Positions 1-10,973 of a stretch of 64,000 nt of DNA are shown in pieces. Numbering within the stretch: the stretch's first letter is position 1; each line of letters opens with the position of its first letter. This DNA comes from Amoebidium appalachense (Eukaryota; Protista; Ichthyosporea): assembly GCA_963693365.1 (NCBI GenBank), contig CAVNZM010000002.1:6089943-6153942 (forward strand), in the 5' to 3' direction. The notes under the pieces were generated by a model. That model worked only from the letters and a program-made list of their open reading frames with translations, searched no databases and had not been told where the DNA came from. The position numbers and the translations under genes are program-made.

Positions 1-608
1 TAAACATCTGTACACGCCGTACATGTTTACTATTACGAATATACTGTACATATCATAGTGATCACGTAGATATTGTGTACATATGATCAGATCAATATCA
101 CACGCGACAGCCGCGGGCTGCGGCTCACGACTGAGCCGCGGCGCCGGCAATATGCAGTGGCCGTGCAGTCAGTATGAACCAATAGAATTCGAGAACCGCT
201 AGGATAGGAATGCAAGTCTCATCCACTACGGAGGCGACATCTATAGCTAAACGAACGGAACCAATAAGGAAATCAGACCCAGTTGCATAAACCTAAACGG
301 GCTTAAGTATTGACCAATCATTTGCCACAAAGTTATCCTTTTAGTTAGCTTCATGTTATTGGTGCACTGTGTGCACATAAAGACGACCGCACTCTTCTGA
401 CTGGTCAGAAGTCACGAAGGCATCAATGCCACCCATCCAGATGATCCGGAACCTGGGGGCTATATAAACAAGCCGTCCCAGTACGGGGGATCACTCTGAA
501 CGAGCACATTAAATAGTAACCTGGCCGCGTGTGCCTTACTACCCGTTCTCTGTCTTTATTCTGATTCAGTTGTTCTCTGCCTTATCCCAACTAGTTCAAC
601 TGTTTACA
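1..608 (+). repeat. 5' LTR (first 2 nt outside window)
   Basis: Direct repeat of 7629-8236; ends TGTTTACA; several CCAAT boxes and TATATAAA near 461. Confidence 0.96.
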
Positions 609-609
609 T

Positions 610-620
610 TGGCGACCGCG
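610..620 (+). promoter_or_regulatory. Primer binding site TGGCGACCGCG, probably tRNA-Arg(UCG)-type
   Basis: Starts 1 nt after the LTR CA; complementary to a tRNA 3' end CGCGGUCG-CCA. The tRNA identity is inferred from typical eukaryotic tRNA-Arg acceptor stems. Confidence 0.65.
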
Positions 621-660
621 CAGTTCCAGAATCTCACATCTTTCAAGAATCTCTTCAACC

Positions 661-2660
661 ATGGCGGGCGAATTTGACGACTACCCTGTACTCTCGGACA
701 ATGAAAGCAAACTGACACGTGACACCAAGAAGCCTACCGCAGTCAAACCGCCGCCCCCAACGCAGAAGAAAGCCAAGACTCCGGGGCAGGGCACGAAAAC
801 ACTCCCCACCCCTCCCCCTACACAGCCTCGTGCTCCCCAGAAACCGAACACGATCACAAAACCCAACACACACACGAACACAAAGGCAACTACGAAGCCC
901 ACTGGCAACGAACAAACGAAGCCCAACGAAAGCACGAAACCCAAAGACAAAACGAAGCGCAACGAACACACGAAAACCAACGAACATACGAACACCAACG
1001 AACACACGAACACCAACAAACACACGAACGAACTTCAAGTAGCAACGAAGGAAAAAACGAAACAAGACCGGGACACTGCCACAGCTCTGGCAGAGGTGCG
1101 GGGCCGTGTTCTCTCCAAGTTCTATCGTATTGAAACTCTGAGACGTGCCATTCAAACTGCAATCGATGCTGGGCGGCCTGTGATGGACCTCGAAGCTGAT
1201 GTCGCGCAGATTTACAGTGAGATTTCGCAGATGGAAGACACCACACTGTCTAGAATGTTGTGCACGTCCGCGAAATGGTCTGAGTTGGAGCGGGAAGCAC
1301 AGTTGGTGGCTGAGGCACGTGTGAAAAATACGACGGTGCCCACCACCCCCCGTCCTCCCCCACCCACCACAGGCAAGAAGCCTTTGTCCCCGGTCCCATC
1401 TGGGTGCACTGATCCCAAGGTAATTGCACCTCCCGCACCCCCCACTAAATTTACATATAAGGATGTGCTTGCGCGCACACTCAGCTACACTGATTCTGAT
1501 GCTGAAAATGAAGAAAAACACGAACAAAGTTACGAAGACACACCCACAAACGAAAACGAACACATGACTGCGAAAGTGCATGAAGAAGATCACTTCGACC
1601 AGCCTAAAGCACCCGTATTTAACGAAATCCCCCTTGCAGGATCCCCTCTGGCGTCTGCAGGTGGACTGGCAGGCACGCCAAGTCGCCCGAGAGGCTCTGA
1701 TGTCAGCACAGGCTCAGGAGGTAAGGCTGGGTCTATATTGAACAAGCACTTTGCAGAGCACGAAAAACTGTGGTTGCACCCTCTCCGCCAGTTGCATGCA
1801 TCCGAATACGGCCCCATCTTGGCTGCATTGAAACTACCAGAATACAAGGGTGACTTGCAGGATAAATGCACGGTGATTGAATGGCTGCACGAATTTTCCC
1901 AGCAGATGTTTTGCATTGCAGGGGTCCCCCCCACACTTGCTGTTCGCTGGGCGGTGCAGTGCTTTCCTCTTGCTTCCCCCGCCCGTGTGTGGTACACGAA
2001 TTTTACCAGGACACAGGGAGAACTCACGTTTGATGCATTTGCACATGCACTAGTTACGAAATTTCACGACCAGCGTGTGCAAGAGGCACTCAGTGCCGAA
2101 TTAAATGCACTCAAACAAGGCAAGCAAAAGGTGGCCGAATTTGCAAGCAGGCATGCGCGTTTGTGGGCACGTGTGTACCCCCTTAAGTCTGAGGCACACC
2201 AAATTTTGGATTTGTCTCACCGATTGGGTGGGGAAGACGAACAAGAATTTCGCAAATATCAACTCAGACAAACACGAAAAGAAGAAGAATTGACCCTGTC
2301 TGGAGTTGTTGCCTATCTCGCAGAAAAAGAAAGAGACAGGCACACACGAACCCCATCCACCATTCTAACACAGAAACCCCCCACAAAACAGCAACCCGGT
2401 GGTGGATCTGGTGCCAGCGAGAAGCCGTCTATTTTTTCGCGCATGGGCACCACCCCCTGCAACCGTGGGTGCAAGTACGGCAGCCACGCCGAAGGCAAGA
2501 CGTGCCCGGCCCTCAAATTCGAATGCCACTCCTGCAAGCAGAAGGGGCACTTTGGGGGTCACCAATTTGCCCCAAGTACGACCCCAACTTTAAGAAGGGA
2601 ACCCGCAAGGCAGAGATTGAGGCTAATCGGGCCAAGTTCAAGAGAGCACGTGTAGAATAG
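661..2660 (+). CDS. gag: Gag (low-complexity N-terminus, retrotransposon gag core, zinc knuckle)
   Basis: ATG at 661; ARVWY...F...F...LKQG gag core; CHSCKQKGH knuckle, completed (GSPIC) only after a -1 shift at the G5 run 2554-2558, then ending at TAG 2658-2660. Confidence 0.88.
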
Positions 2661-5600
2661 GAAGGCGGGCAAGGGACTGGTCTCTCCCCAGTAGAACATA
2701 ATGTATTTGATTTAATAGCAGAGCTGGAACTGTGTTCCCCTCTGGCAGATAAATTGCAAAATAAATCTACTGGTGCGGAAATTTCTGTTGTCTCGGAGCC
2801 CTCCCACGAATCTGCATGTGCCCCACCCCCCCACGAACAGTTACCCCCGTGTACTGACCCCCCCATGCACACGCACACCCCGCCCCCGCGCAAAAAGAAA
2901 AATGTGCATTTTGCTGACCGTGTGCACTCCTCCATTGCAGAACCACGGCATGAAAATGCCACTGTGTGCACATTAACCCACGAAAATAAATGCACAGCCA
3001 CACTTGCGCGAATGTATGTGCATGGGAAGCTAGTCACAGTAGTTGTCGACTCTGGTGCTAGCCATAGCTGTATAAGCACAGCATTTTACGAATCTCTCCC
3101 TGTAGTGGCAAGAAAACGAATTCAGCATGTTCCTAATTTTAGTGTACTGGATGCACAAAGTAACGAAATGACATGCCAAGGAAGTATATCTCTCACTCTC
3201 GCCATTCCCAACGAATCTGCTCTAGTGGTGCACAGATGGCATGTGATTGATAATCTACCATATGATGCCTTATTAGGTGTTGATTTCATGGGGCCACAAC
3301 AGGGACGAATTGATTACGGTGCTGCAGAACTTTCGTTCATGTATGCTAAGGGAAATCGCAGGTGCAGTATTCCGGTGTGGTGGTTGCGTGGGAGTGCGGA
3401 GGAGACAGCTGTTTCTCGCGTATTAATTACCACCACAGGTATTCACCTCCCGGTAGATGCGTCAAATATCGCAACGTGTAAAATAAAACTCGCTGCCGGC
3501 GCACCACCACCACGAACTTTAGACTGTTGTATGGGCACAGTGGTTCCATGTGGTCCACTTAATTCACGGGCTTACACAACAGCATGCAGTGTCACCAGTT
3601 TAGCTCGAATTTCGAATAACGAACCCCCCCTCTCCACTAGCGAAGAAAGTGTGATCGAGGACGAATACGAATGCAAGGTGTTGTTGACTAACACATCGGA
3701 CCATCATGTGTACCTAGGCCCTGGTACGGAGGTGGCCATGTTTATTCCCTTGCAATCAGATGACACTGTTACTCTTTTAGCACGTCCACACTCCGGTAAT
3801 GGAACCAGGAGGGCGACAACCCCACACCCTGGCCATCCATTAGGTACCTCTGCTAAAACGAACTTTTCTTCGCAGGAATCAACCGAAGAACCCACCGAAC
3901 ACGAACCACACACTTTCCAGGCGGCTACTAATATTAACGGTAGTATTAAGGTGTGTGAACGGAGTAAAATTATGAATATGAGTACGAAAGAGAACACCAC
4001 ACAGCGCAGTTCCACGAAAATGAATGGTTTTGGTAATCCAGCACGAACAAAACCAGAGGTAGGGCCACCTACTATCGAAGCAGCAGATGGGGCACCATCT
4101 ACCACTGCACTGGAGGATACGAATAATTTACGAAAGCGTACGCACGAATGTACCTCCGACGGGGAAGCCGCCACAGACGACGACTTGCCTTTTGGGGTCA
4201 AACCTCCAGAAGAATACGACATGCCTGGAACTCCCCCAGACCAACGGAAACCGTTGGCGAAACGGATACGAAAACTGCTTAAGAAATGGAAGCATGTGTT
4301 CTCTGCACACGACAACGACTTTGGTTTGAGTACCTTAGACGAACTGTCGATCGAAGTAACTACCACCATACCACAGTACCGCAGGCCCTATAACATCCCA
4401 CATCACCTTCGCGATAGCCTACACAAACAAATTCAAAATTGGGTAGAGTTTGGAGTGATTGAGCCTGCGTCCAGCCCTTACTCCGCTCCGATGGTGTTGG
4501 TGGCGAAAAAGGACGGGTCTTTAAGAGTCTGCATTGATTTTAGAATGCTGAACTTGATTACGAAGAAAGACGGTTACCCTTTACCACGAATTGACATGGC
4601 TCTGGGTATGCTCAGAGGTGCCCGCGTGTTTTCCGCACTTGATTTAAACGGTGGTTACCACCAAGTCAAAGTAGCCGATAACGACAAAGAAAAACTTGCA
4701 TTTACCACCCCCTGGGGGCAGTATCAATTCGCACGCGCACCTTTTGGAGTAAGTAACATGCCTGCTGTCTTTTCAAGGATGATGAACCGTGTATTCGCTG
4801 GTATGCTGTGGACACATGTACTCATATATCTCGATGATATATTAGTTATGTCACCCACTATCGAAGAACATTTTGGGCATTTAGATTCATGTTTTTCCCG
4901 GCTCTGTGATGCAGGATTAAAACTGAAAGGCAGAAAATGCTCTTTGTTCATGGAAGAAGTTGGCTATTTAGGCCATCGCGTATGCCCGGATGGTATTAAG
5001 GTAGACCCAGAAAAAGTGGCAGCAATAAAGAATAAAAGCTACCCACAAAATTTATCTGAGCTACGAAGTGACCTCGGGTTATTTTCATATTATCGAATAT
5101 TTGTGGACGATTTCAGCCATACGGCTGAACCACTCACGCGAATGCTGGGCACCTCGAAGGAGGATTCAGAATTACTAAAACGAATTCACGCAAAAATGCC
5201 CCCCTCTACGAAACCCGCCAAACGCAACGGCAGCGCAAAACAACGAAAAGACGAAGCAAAAAATTTGCACGCCGATTCTGCAGCTATTTTGGCCACGAAA
5301 AAGAAAGCACAGAAAAATGCTGCATGGGTGTGGGGTACGGAACAGGAGAAAGCATACGATACCCTTAAGAATGCGTTAATTAATGCACCTGTGCTTGCTC
5401 ACCCCGATTTCACCAAACCTTTTATTGTTGACTCAGATGCTTCACAGTATGCTCTGGGCGCAGTGATTTCGCAGGTAGGTGATGACGGCAAAGAACGACC
5501 CATAGCTTATGCTAGCAGAACACTCTCTAAGAGTGAACGAAATTATGCGGCGAATAAAAGGGAAGCCTTAGGTGTGTATTGGGCTGTGTGCAAAGCATTT

Positions 5601-7562
5601 CGCGCTTACACCTATGGGGCTCCTTTCTTGTTACGAACCGACCACTCCAGCTTGACGCGCATTCTGTCTACCGGCGATGCACCGGAACCTGTTGTTGCAG
5701 GCTGGCAAATGGCGCTTTCCGCATACACATACGAAATTCAGCACAGGGCGGGCAAACACCACAGCAATGCTGATGGACTCTCTCGGCCATCTAAAGAAAA
5801 TGCGCAACCAGGACCCGAAGATACTGAGCTGACATACCCCTCACTGATCGGCACAGTCTCGGGCTCGTCCACGGTGTTTGCGGTAACACGCTCCGCCGCA
5901 GCGACAGCGCAGGCACAAGCTGCCACCCACCCACCCCCAGCTGAACCCACGAAACCTAATACCACGCCGCCAGAATTTATTCCCCCAAAAGCGGATGGAC
6001 GAATGCCCACCTATGAACAGTATGTGTCAGCACAGAAGGCTGATAAACACATTGCGAAAGTCAGGGCCTACCTGGAAAAAGCACCGGGCTACGAATTATT
6101 TGGCAACGAAATCGCGATGGAAGCTAGTCGCTGCACCATAGACAATGACCTTGTGTATGTGTGGGTCCTAGAACAGCGTGGCCCCCGCAAACCCAGCAAG
6201 GAACCACGAATTTGGGTGCCGTCTACGCTTGTGCGCCTCGTTTTGGCCGCATGTCACGACGCCCCAACCGCAGGTCACCTCGACGCAGCACGCACCTTCC
6301 ACCGTGTTACCCAGATAGCATGGTGGCCACGTGTATGGCAAGACTCGGTGCAGTGGGTAACCACATGCAAAGCCTGTCAATACCGGAAGACACCCCGAAT
6401 GCAAAAGAAACTACGAATTCACGATGGTTTTATCCCCACCTATCCCTTTCAATACGTGTCTATGGACATTACTGAGATGCCTACGAAATCTGATCTCAGA
6501 GTTTCCCTGTTGGTGTTTCTCGACCTCTTCACTCGCTGGCCGGAAGTGATTTTATTTCACAAAACACCCACAGCCGAAGATGTGGCAAAGGCATTCGAAG
6601 ACTCCATCTACTGCCGTCACGGTCGTCCGGAATTTTTAGTATCAGACAACGGCGCGAATTTGGCAGCTATGTTGGTCACAGATGTCTGTCGAGTGTTGGC
6701 TACAAAACGAATTTTTGCAAGTCCCTACAGCCCCCAGACCAATGGTGCCGTAGAGCGATTCAATCGCACACTTAAGAATATTCTTGCCACTCTCGTGCAG
6801 GATAAACACCACGAATGGATTGACTACTTACCGCAAGTACTGTTTTCCTACCGCACCGCCTACCACTCTTCCTTGGGGGACACGCCATTCTTCATGCTTT
6901 ATGGCAGAGATCCGGTCGAGCCCCCCCGCCCCCCAATTGCGGCTTCATGTGGGATGGAGACGGAGGAATACCGTCGAGAACTACTGCAACGAGTGCAGTA
7001 TGCCCGGCAAACAGTCACACGAATTATGTCTGAAGCTGCCCGTCGTAGTAAAATCACGGCTAACAAAAATGCTCGTGAACCCACAGAACTCGAGGGTCTG
7101 GTGTTGAAAGCAGTCACAGACTCCACCACCGACCACAGTCTACCCACGGCACTCAGACCTAAATGGGAAGGTCCGTATCGCGTCCTGCGGCGCGTTACCG
7201 ACGCCCCCATGTCTTACGAAATTCAGCGGGTTGGGTCAACGGACACCGTTCGAGCACACGCACGTCACTTGAAGCCGTATTTTCCCCGTGACGACGTTGA
7301 TATGACGCCAGCCGACTCTGGTCCGCAAGATTCACCCACCCCCACCTTCGAAGTGGCAAAAATTATTGCCCACAAGTACGACTCGGCAACTGCCCAAGCC
7401 CTTTACAAAGTTCGTTGGAAAGGGTACACGGCTAAGAACGACACCTGGGAACCTCACTCCGGCCTGCAAGACACAGCCGCAGGAGCACTCACAGACTACC
7501 TAGGTACTTTGGTGGCCGGCCCTGCCAGCCAGCCCGCACGAAAGAAGCGCCGACGTCGCTAA
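2661..7562 (+). CDS. pol: Pol: aspartic protease, RT, RNase H, integrase, chromodomain
   Basis: VVVDSGA; YLDD; DSDAS...YAS RNase H; HHCC and DDE integrase (SDNG, NGAVER); KWEGPY; FEVAKII...YKVRWKGY...TWEP chromodomain; C-terminal basic RKKRRRR. The frame is open from 2661. Confidence 0.97.
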   Translation, partial: EGGQGTGLSPVEHNVFDLIAELELCSPLADKLQNKSTGAEISVVSEPSHESACAPPPHEQLPPCTDPPMHTHTPPPRKKKNVHFADRVHSSIAEPRHENATVCTLTHENKCTATLARMYVHGKLVTVVVDSGASHSCISTAFYESLPVVARKRIQHVPNFSVLDAQSNEMTCQGSISLTLAIPNESALVVHRWHVIDNLPYDALLGVDFMGPQQGRIDYGAAELSFMYAKGNRRCSIPVWWLRGSAEETAVSRVLITTTGIHLPVDASNIATCKIKLAAGAPPPRTLDCCMGTVVPCGPLNSRAYTTACSVTSLARISNNEPPLSTSEESVIEDEYECKVLLTNTSDHHVYLGPGTEVAMFIPLQSDDTVTLLARPHSGNGTRRATTPHPGHPLGTSAKTNFSSQESTEEPTEHEPHTFQAATNINGSIKVCERSKIMNMSTKENTTQRSSTKMNGFGNPARTKPEVGPPTIEAADGAPSTTALEDTNNLRKRTHECTSDGEAATDDDLPFGVKPPEEYDMPGTPPDQRKPLAKRIRKLLKKWKHVFSAHDNDFGLSTLDELSIEVTTTIPQYRRPYNIPHHLRDSLHKQIQNWVEFGVIEPASSPYSAPMVLVAKKDGSLRVCIDFRMLNLITKKDGYPLPRIDMALGMLRGARVFSALDLNGGYHQVKVADNDKEKLAFTTPWGQYQFARAPFGVSNMPAVFSRMMNRVFAGMLWTHVLIYLDDILVMSPTIEEHFGHLDSCFSRLCDAGLKLKGRKCSLFMEEVGYLGHRVCPDGIKVDPEKVAAIKNKSYPQNLSELRSDLGLFSYYRIFVDDFSHTAEPLTRMLGTSKEDSELLKRIHAKMPPSTKPAKRNGSAKQRKDEAKNLHADSAAILATKKKAQKNAAWVWGTEQEKAYDTLKNALINAPVLAHPDFTKPFIVDSDASQYALGAVISQVGDDGKERPIAYASRTLSKSERNYAANKREALGVYWAVCKAFRAYTYGAPFLLRTDHSSLTRILSTGDAPEPVVAGWQMALSAYTYEIQHRAGKHHSNADGLSRPSKENAQPGPEDTELTYPSLIGTVSGSSTVFAVTRSAAATAQAQAATHPPPAEPTKPNTTPPEFIPPKADGRMPTYEQYVSAQKADKHIAKVRAYLEKAPGYELFGNEIAMEASRCTIDNDLVYVWVLEQRGPRKPSKEPRIWVPSTLVRLVLAACHDAPTAGHLDAARTFHRVTQIAWWPRVWQDSVQWVTTCKACQYRKTPRMQKKLRIHDGFIPTYPFQYVSMDITEMPTKSDLRVSLLVFLDLFTRWPEVILFHKTPTAEDVAKAFEDSIYCRHGRPEFLVSDNGANLAAMLVTDVCRVLATKRIFASPYSPQTNGAVERFNRTLKNILATLVQDKHHEWIDYLPQVLFSYRTAYHSSLGDTPFFMLYGRDPVEPPRPPIAASCGMETEEYRRELLQRVQYARQTVTRIMSEAARRSKITANKNAREPTELEGLVLKAVTDSTTDHSLPTALRPKWEGPYRVLRRVTDAPMSYEIQRVGSTDTVRAHARHLKPYFPRDDVDMTPADSGPQDSPTPTFEVAKIIAHKYDSATAQALYKVRWKGYTAKNDTWEPHSGLQDTAAGALTDYLGTLVAGPASQPARKKRRRR

Positions 7563-7613
7563 CTTCCCTCAGCCTGGTGGTTTACCGTCTCCAGACCATA
7601 CCACCAGGCTCCC

Positions 7614-7626
7614 GAGAAGGGGGGAG
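7614..7626 (+). promoter_or_regulatory. Polypurine tract
   Basis: GAGAAGGGGGGAG-type purine run immediately before the 3' LTR TGTAAACA. Confidence 0.9.
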
Positions 7627-8236
7627 TGTAAACATCTGTACACGCCGTACATGTTTACTATTACGAATATACTGTACATATCATAGTGATCACGTAGATA
7701 TTGTGTACATATGATCAGATCAATATCACACGCGACAGCCGCGGGCTGCGGCTCACGACTGAGCCGCGGCGCCGGCAATATGCAGTGGCCGTGCAGTCAG
7801 TATGAACCAATAGAATTCGAGAACCGCTAGGATAGGAATGCAAGTCTCATCCACTACGGAGGCGACATCTATAGCTAAACGAACGGAACCAATAAGGAAA
7901 TCAGACCCAGTTGCATAAACCTAAACGGGCTTAAGTATTGACCAATCATTTGCCACAAAGTTATCCTTTTAGTTAGCTTCATGTTATTGGTGCACTGTGT
8001 GCACATAAAGACGACCGCACTCTTCTGACTGGTCAGAAGTCACGAAGGCATCAATGCCACCCATCCAGATGATCCGGAACCTGGGGGCTATATAAACAAG
8101 CCGTCCCAGTACGGGGGATCACTCTGAACGAGCACATTAAATAGTAACCTGGCCGCGTGTGCCTTACTACCCGTTCTCTGTCTTTATTCTGATTCAGTTG
8201 TTCTCTGCCTTATCCCAACTAGTTCAACTGTTTACA
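7627..8236 (+). repeat. 3' LTR (610 bp)
   Basis: TGTAAACA...TGTTTACA 8-bp terminal inverted repeat; matches the 5' LTR. Confidence 0.97.
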
Positions 8237-8389
8237 GTCACCCAAAACTCTTCGTGCTTGCGGGAGTGCGCTCGCCGAGGCATCAGAGATTTCCTGGATT
8301 TTCGGGATTAAAAATTTTTTATCCATGGAAGGTTTTGTTACAAAGTTTGAACGTATGCATCTACGTATAGCACAAACTTCAATTACACA

Positions 8390-8570
8390 ACGGCAATACA
8401 TTCGTGTGGTTGAACATTGGTGCCAGCGCAACGATATGAAGGTTAATGTCAAAAAGTGTGCCCAAAAATTTATCAAAATCGATACCGGCATGGGACGACG
8501 TTTGTATTTTTGGCAGTCCCCTCCCTCGCCCAATCGAATACAAGTATTTGGGGGTTCCGGTGGACGAATA
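8390..8570 (+). pseudogene. Degenerate non-LTR RT fragment (C-terminal RT motifs)
   Basis: Translates as VEHWCQRNDMKVNVKKC and, in a second frame, EYKYLGVPVDE; both are typical LINE RT domain 6/7 motifs. Confidence 0.55.
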
Positions 8571-8845
8571 CTTAGCTTGATTCATCAAGCACTATTTAGA
8601 GTGTATTCTAGGGCAATCATTGGTTGAAATCGTGTTTCTAACAATGATAGCCCATTGGGTGAGCTCCTTTGGTATATAAGGAGCGAACTCCTACTAGTCG
8701 TTAGCTCATTTCCCAACGTCGCACCCACTTCATGCGACGTTTTTGGCGAGAGCGAGTCGGTTTAGGTTGCAGTCCCCTTCGCACACTTAGATCTAAGTAA
8801 GCTACGGTAGGTGGCAGAACTTGTCACCCTAATTCCTCGCCTAGC

Positions 8846-9643
8846 ATGGAGAACGCTGCCTTCAACCTGTATAGCGCCGAGGTTCGCAGGCTCTTTCCGG
8901 CTGATAACCACAACAAGGAGGAGTCGGACGAACAGCGGTGTGAGCGCCTTCGGCAAACTTGGAACCCGCAGCAAAACGTGCTACGACTCACCCGCGGCGA
9001 GTTCGTGGAGTCACACGCATCTCTACAAGCCGTCGAGCATTTTGTGGTTGACGGGCGTTTCCCATTTGGCCCACGGCCCTTGTCGTCAGACGGATTGTTC
9101 CCTGGGGGAGACCTCCCCAAGCCCATCAAGGAGGAGGCTGAACAGTGGATAGGGCTGGTTAACGCGGGTGTGCAGGCGCTCAATTTGGTTGCTGACTACC
9201 CAAGCTAGCCAACGAGTCGGCGGACGCCTTTGCGGCCCGTCAGCTTACTCTGCTCCGCGAGCTCGTCGTCGACCTCATCAGTTACGGCGGCGACAGACTC
9301 CAGCTGTTGTACATTCGGCGCGCGGAGGGTCACGCAGTTGCAGAGGTCGCCCGCGCCCAAATTGAGAAGACGTACAACCCCAAGTACGGCGCCAAGTGGT
9401 CCAAGGCTGTTGCGCACGCAAAACAGAAGGAGCGCGAATCCGAGCTGGTTCGCGCATCGGCCAACAAGCAAGCTAGAGAGGGCGGGCCCGCGGGCCCAGT
9501 ACACGCACGAGGGCGGCCGCGGAGGCTACCCCCAACCCCAACAGGACGGCACCAAGTGGCAGTCACTCTACCGGCGCTCCGCGCCAGTAGAGGTCCCTTC
9601 GCCTTCCTTCTCCCAGCGGCGTACGCTGGGCACTGTACCATAG
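8846..9643 (+). CDS. Gag-like ORF1 of the YR element (frameshifted near 9200 and ~9485)
   Basis: ATG 8846; overlapping ORFs join into a helical, basic protein upstream of the YR gene. No diagnostic motif; assigned by position. Confidence 0.5.
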
Positions 9644-9747
9644 CGCAGCAATTTTCCCCAAAAAATTGGTTAACTTTGAGTTACACTGTTCTACCATATT
9701 GAGTTTCCACGTTCTTCCATTCGTTGTTTATTAGGTCGCTGCGGAAA

Positions 9748-10973
9748 ATGCCCCTCTGGGCCTTGAACTTCGCCACCGCGGCGGCGGACACTGTCCCGGT
9801 AGTTTCTGCACCTGCCCCTTCCCCAGCACCTGCGGAGCCGCCAAGGTCGACTTCTCCACCCCCCGGTGCCCCTGAAGGGGTGATTATTTTGCCCGATCAA
9901 GAAGGTGGTGTGGGGGGCCCAGCTGCGGGGCCCCCTCCCACTGTGGATGTACAACCCGCGGCGACGGGGCGTGTTTATGTTTCTCCCATCGGCGACTTTG
10001 GTGCGTGGCGTGCGGCTGTGGTCCAATCTATGCCCTCAACCCTCCGGGCAAATGTGGATGTTTTGATCAGCAACACCCTTGCCGCCACCACCTGGGAGCG
10101 CTACCAGATGGAAATTCGGTTTTACCTTCAGTTTTGTCAAGAGTCCGCCTTCGCCCCTTGGCCCCTCACCGGCACGGTTGCCACTGCGTATGTGGCCAAG
10201 TTGATGGAGCGAAATTACGCGCCGGGCACGGTGGTCGGCAAGCTCTCTGCCCTGCGCAAGGTACACGAACTTTGGGGGCTCCCATACCCTCCCCCATCGG
10301 TCATGTCCGCCCTCACCCAGGCGTACACCCGCACCGATATGCAGCGTAACCCCGACAAGCTGGCCGACCCGCGGCGGTTTGATGCCGAATGGGTGTCCCT
10401 CATCCTCACCAGCCGCAGACCACCGCCGACACACAGCGGCGCCTGGGAGTGCTCCTGTTGGCCTACCTCTGGGGCCTGCGGTGGACCACGGTCACCGAAC
10501 TGCTCGCAGAAGACGTGGTTTTTGAAGGCCCGCACCCACAAGGCCACCGCATCACTCTACGGCTGCGGAAAATCAAGCAAGGCGCGGGCAAGCTGCGTGA
10601 CCCAGTCGTGCGCACGCGCGTGGTGCCCACCATCTGTGTCCCGGCCCTACAGGCAGCAGTGGCTGCCACCCCCCGTCCCCCCGGCGCCCCCCACTGCATC
10701 CTCCCCACCGGTAACGTCAACCACCAGACCGAGTGGATGCAGCGCGAGTTGTGCGCTATCGGCGTGGAGCCCCTGTTAGCCAACGCCGTCACCTTCCACT
10801 GCCTCCGTCATGGCATGGTCGGCGCGGCCAAGGCTGCGGGGGTCTCTGACCAGCAAATTGATTGGCTCGGCGCCTGGCTTGGCGCGAAGCCGGCCACCTA
10901 CGGCACCGGCCACCAACATACAGCCGACGACGTGCTGTATTTTGAAGCCCTGCGCGGCCTTGTTTGCAGTTGA
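9748..10973 (+). CDS. DIRS-type tyrosine recombinase (one frameshift near 10410)
   Basis: N-terminal core-binding helices (TTWERYQ...YVAKL...PGTVVGKLSAL), then GLR, KIK, TFHCLRHG, GAW and ATY: a complete R-K-HxxR-W-Y catalytic set. Confidence 0.88.

Larger units (their letters stand above)
1..8236 (+). mobile_element. Full-length Ty3/gypsy LTR retrotransposon (chromovirus type), apparently recent
   Basis: Two LTRs with no difference seen in the stretches compared by eye (1-608, missing the first TG at the window edge; 7627-8236), PBS, PPT, gag and PR-RT-RH-IN-chromodomain pol. Confidence 0.97.

Noticed and set aside
9195-10415. Programmed frameshifts in the YR element ORFs
   Set aside because: The shifts fall in short C/G runs without slippery heptamers, as elsewhere in the window; sequencing error or decay is more parsimonious.
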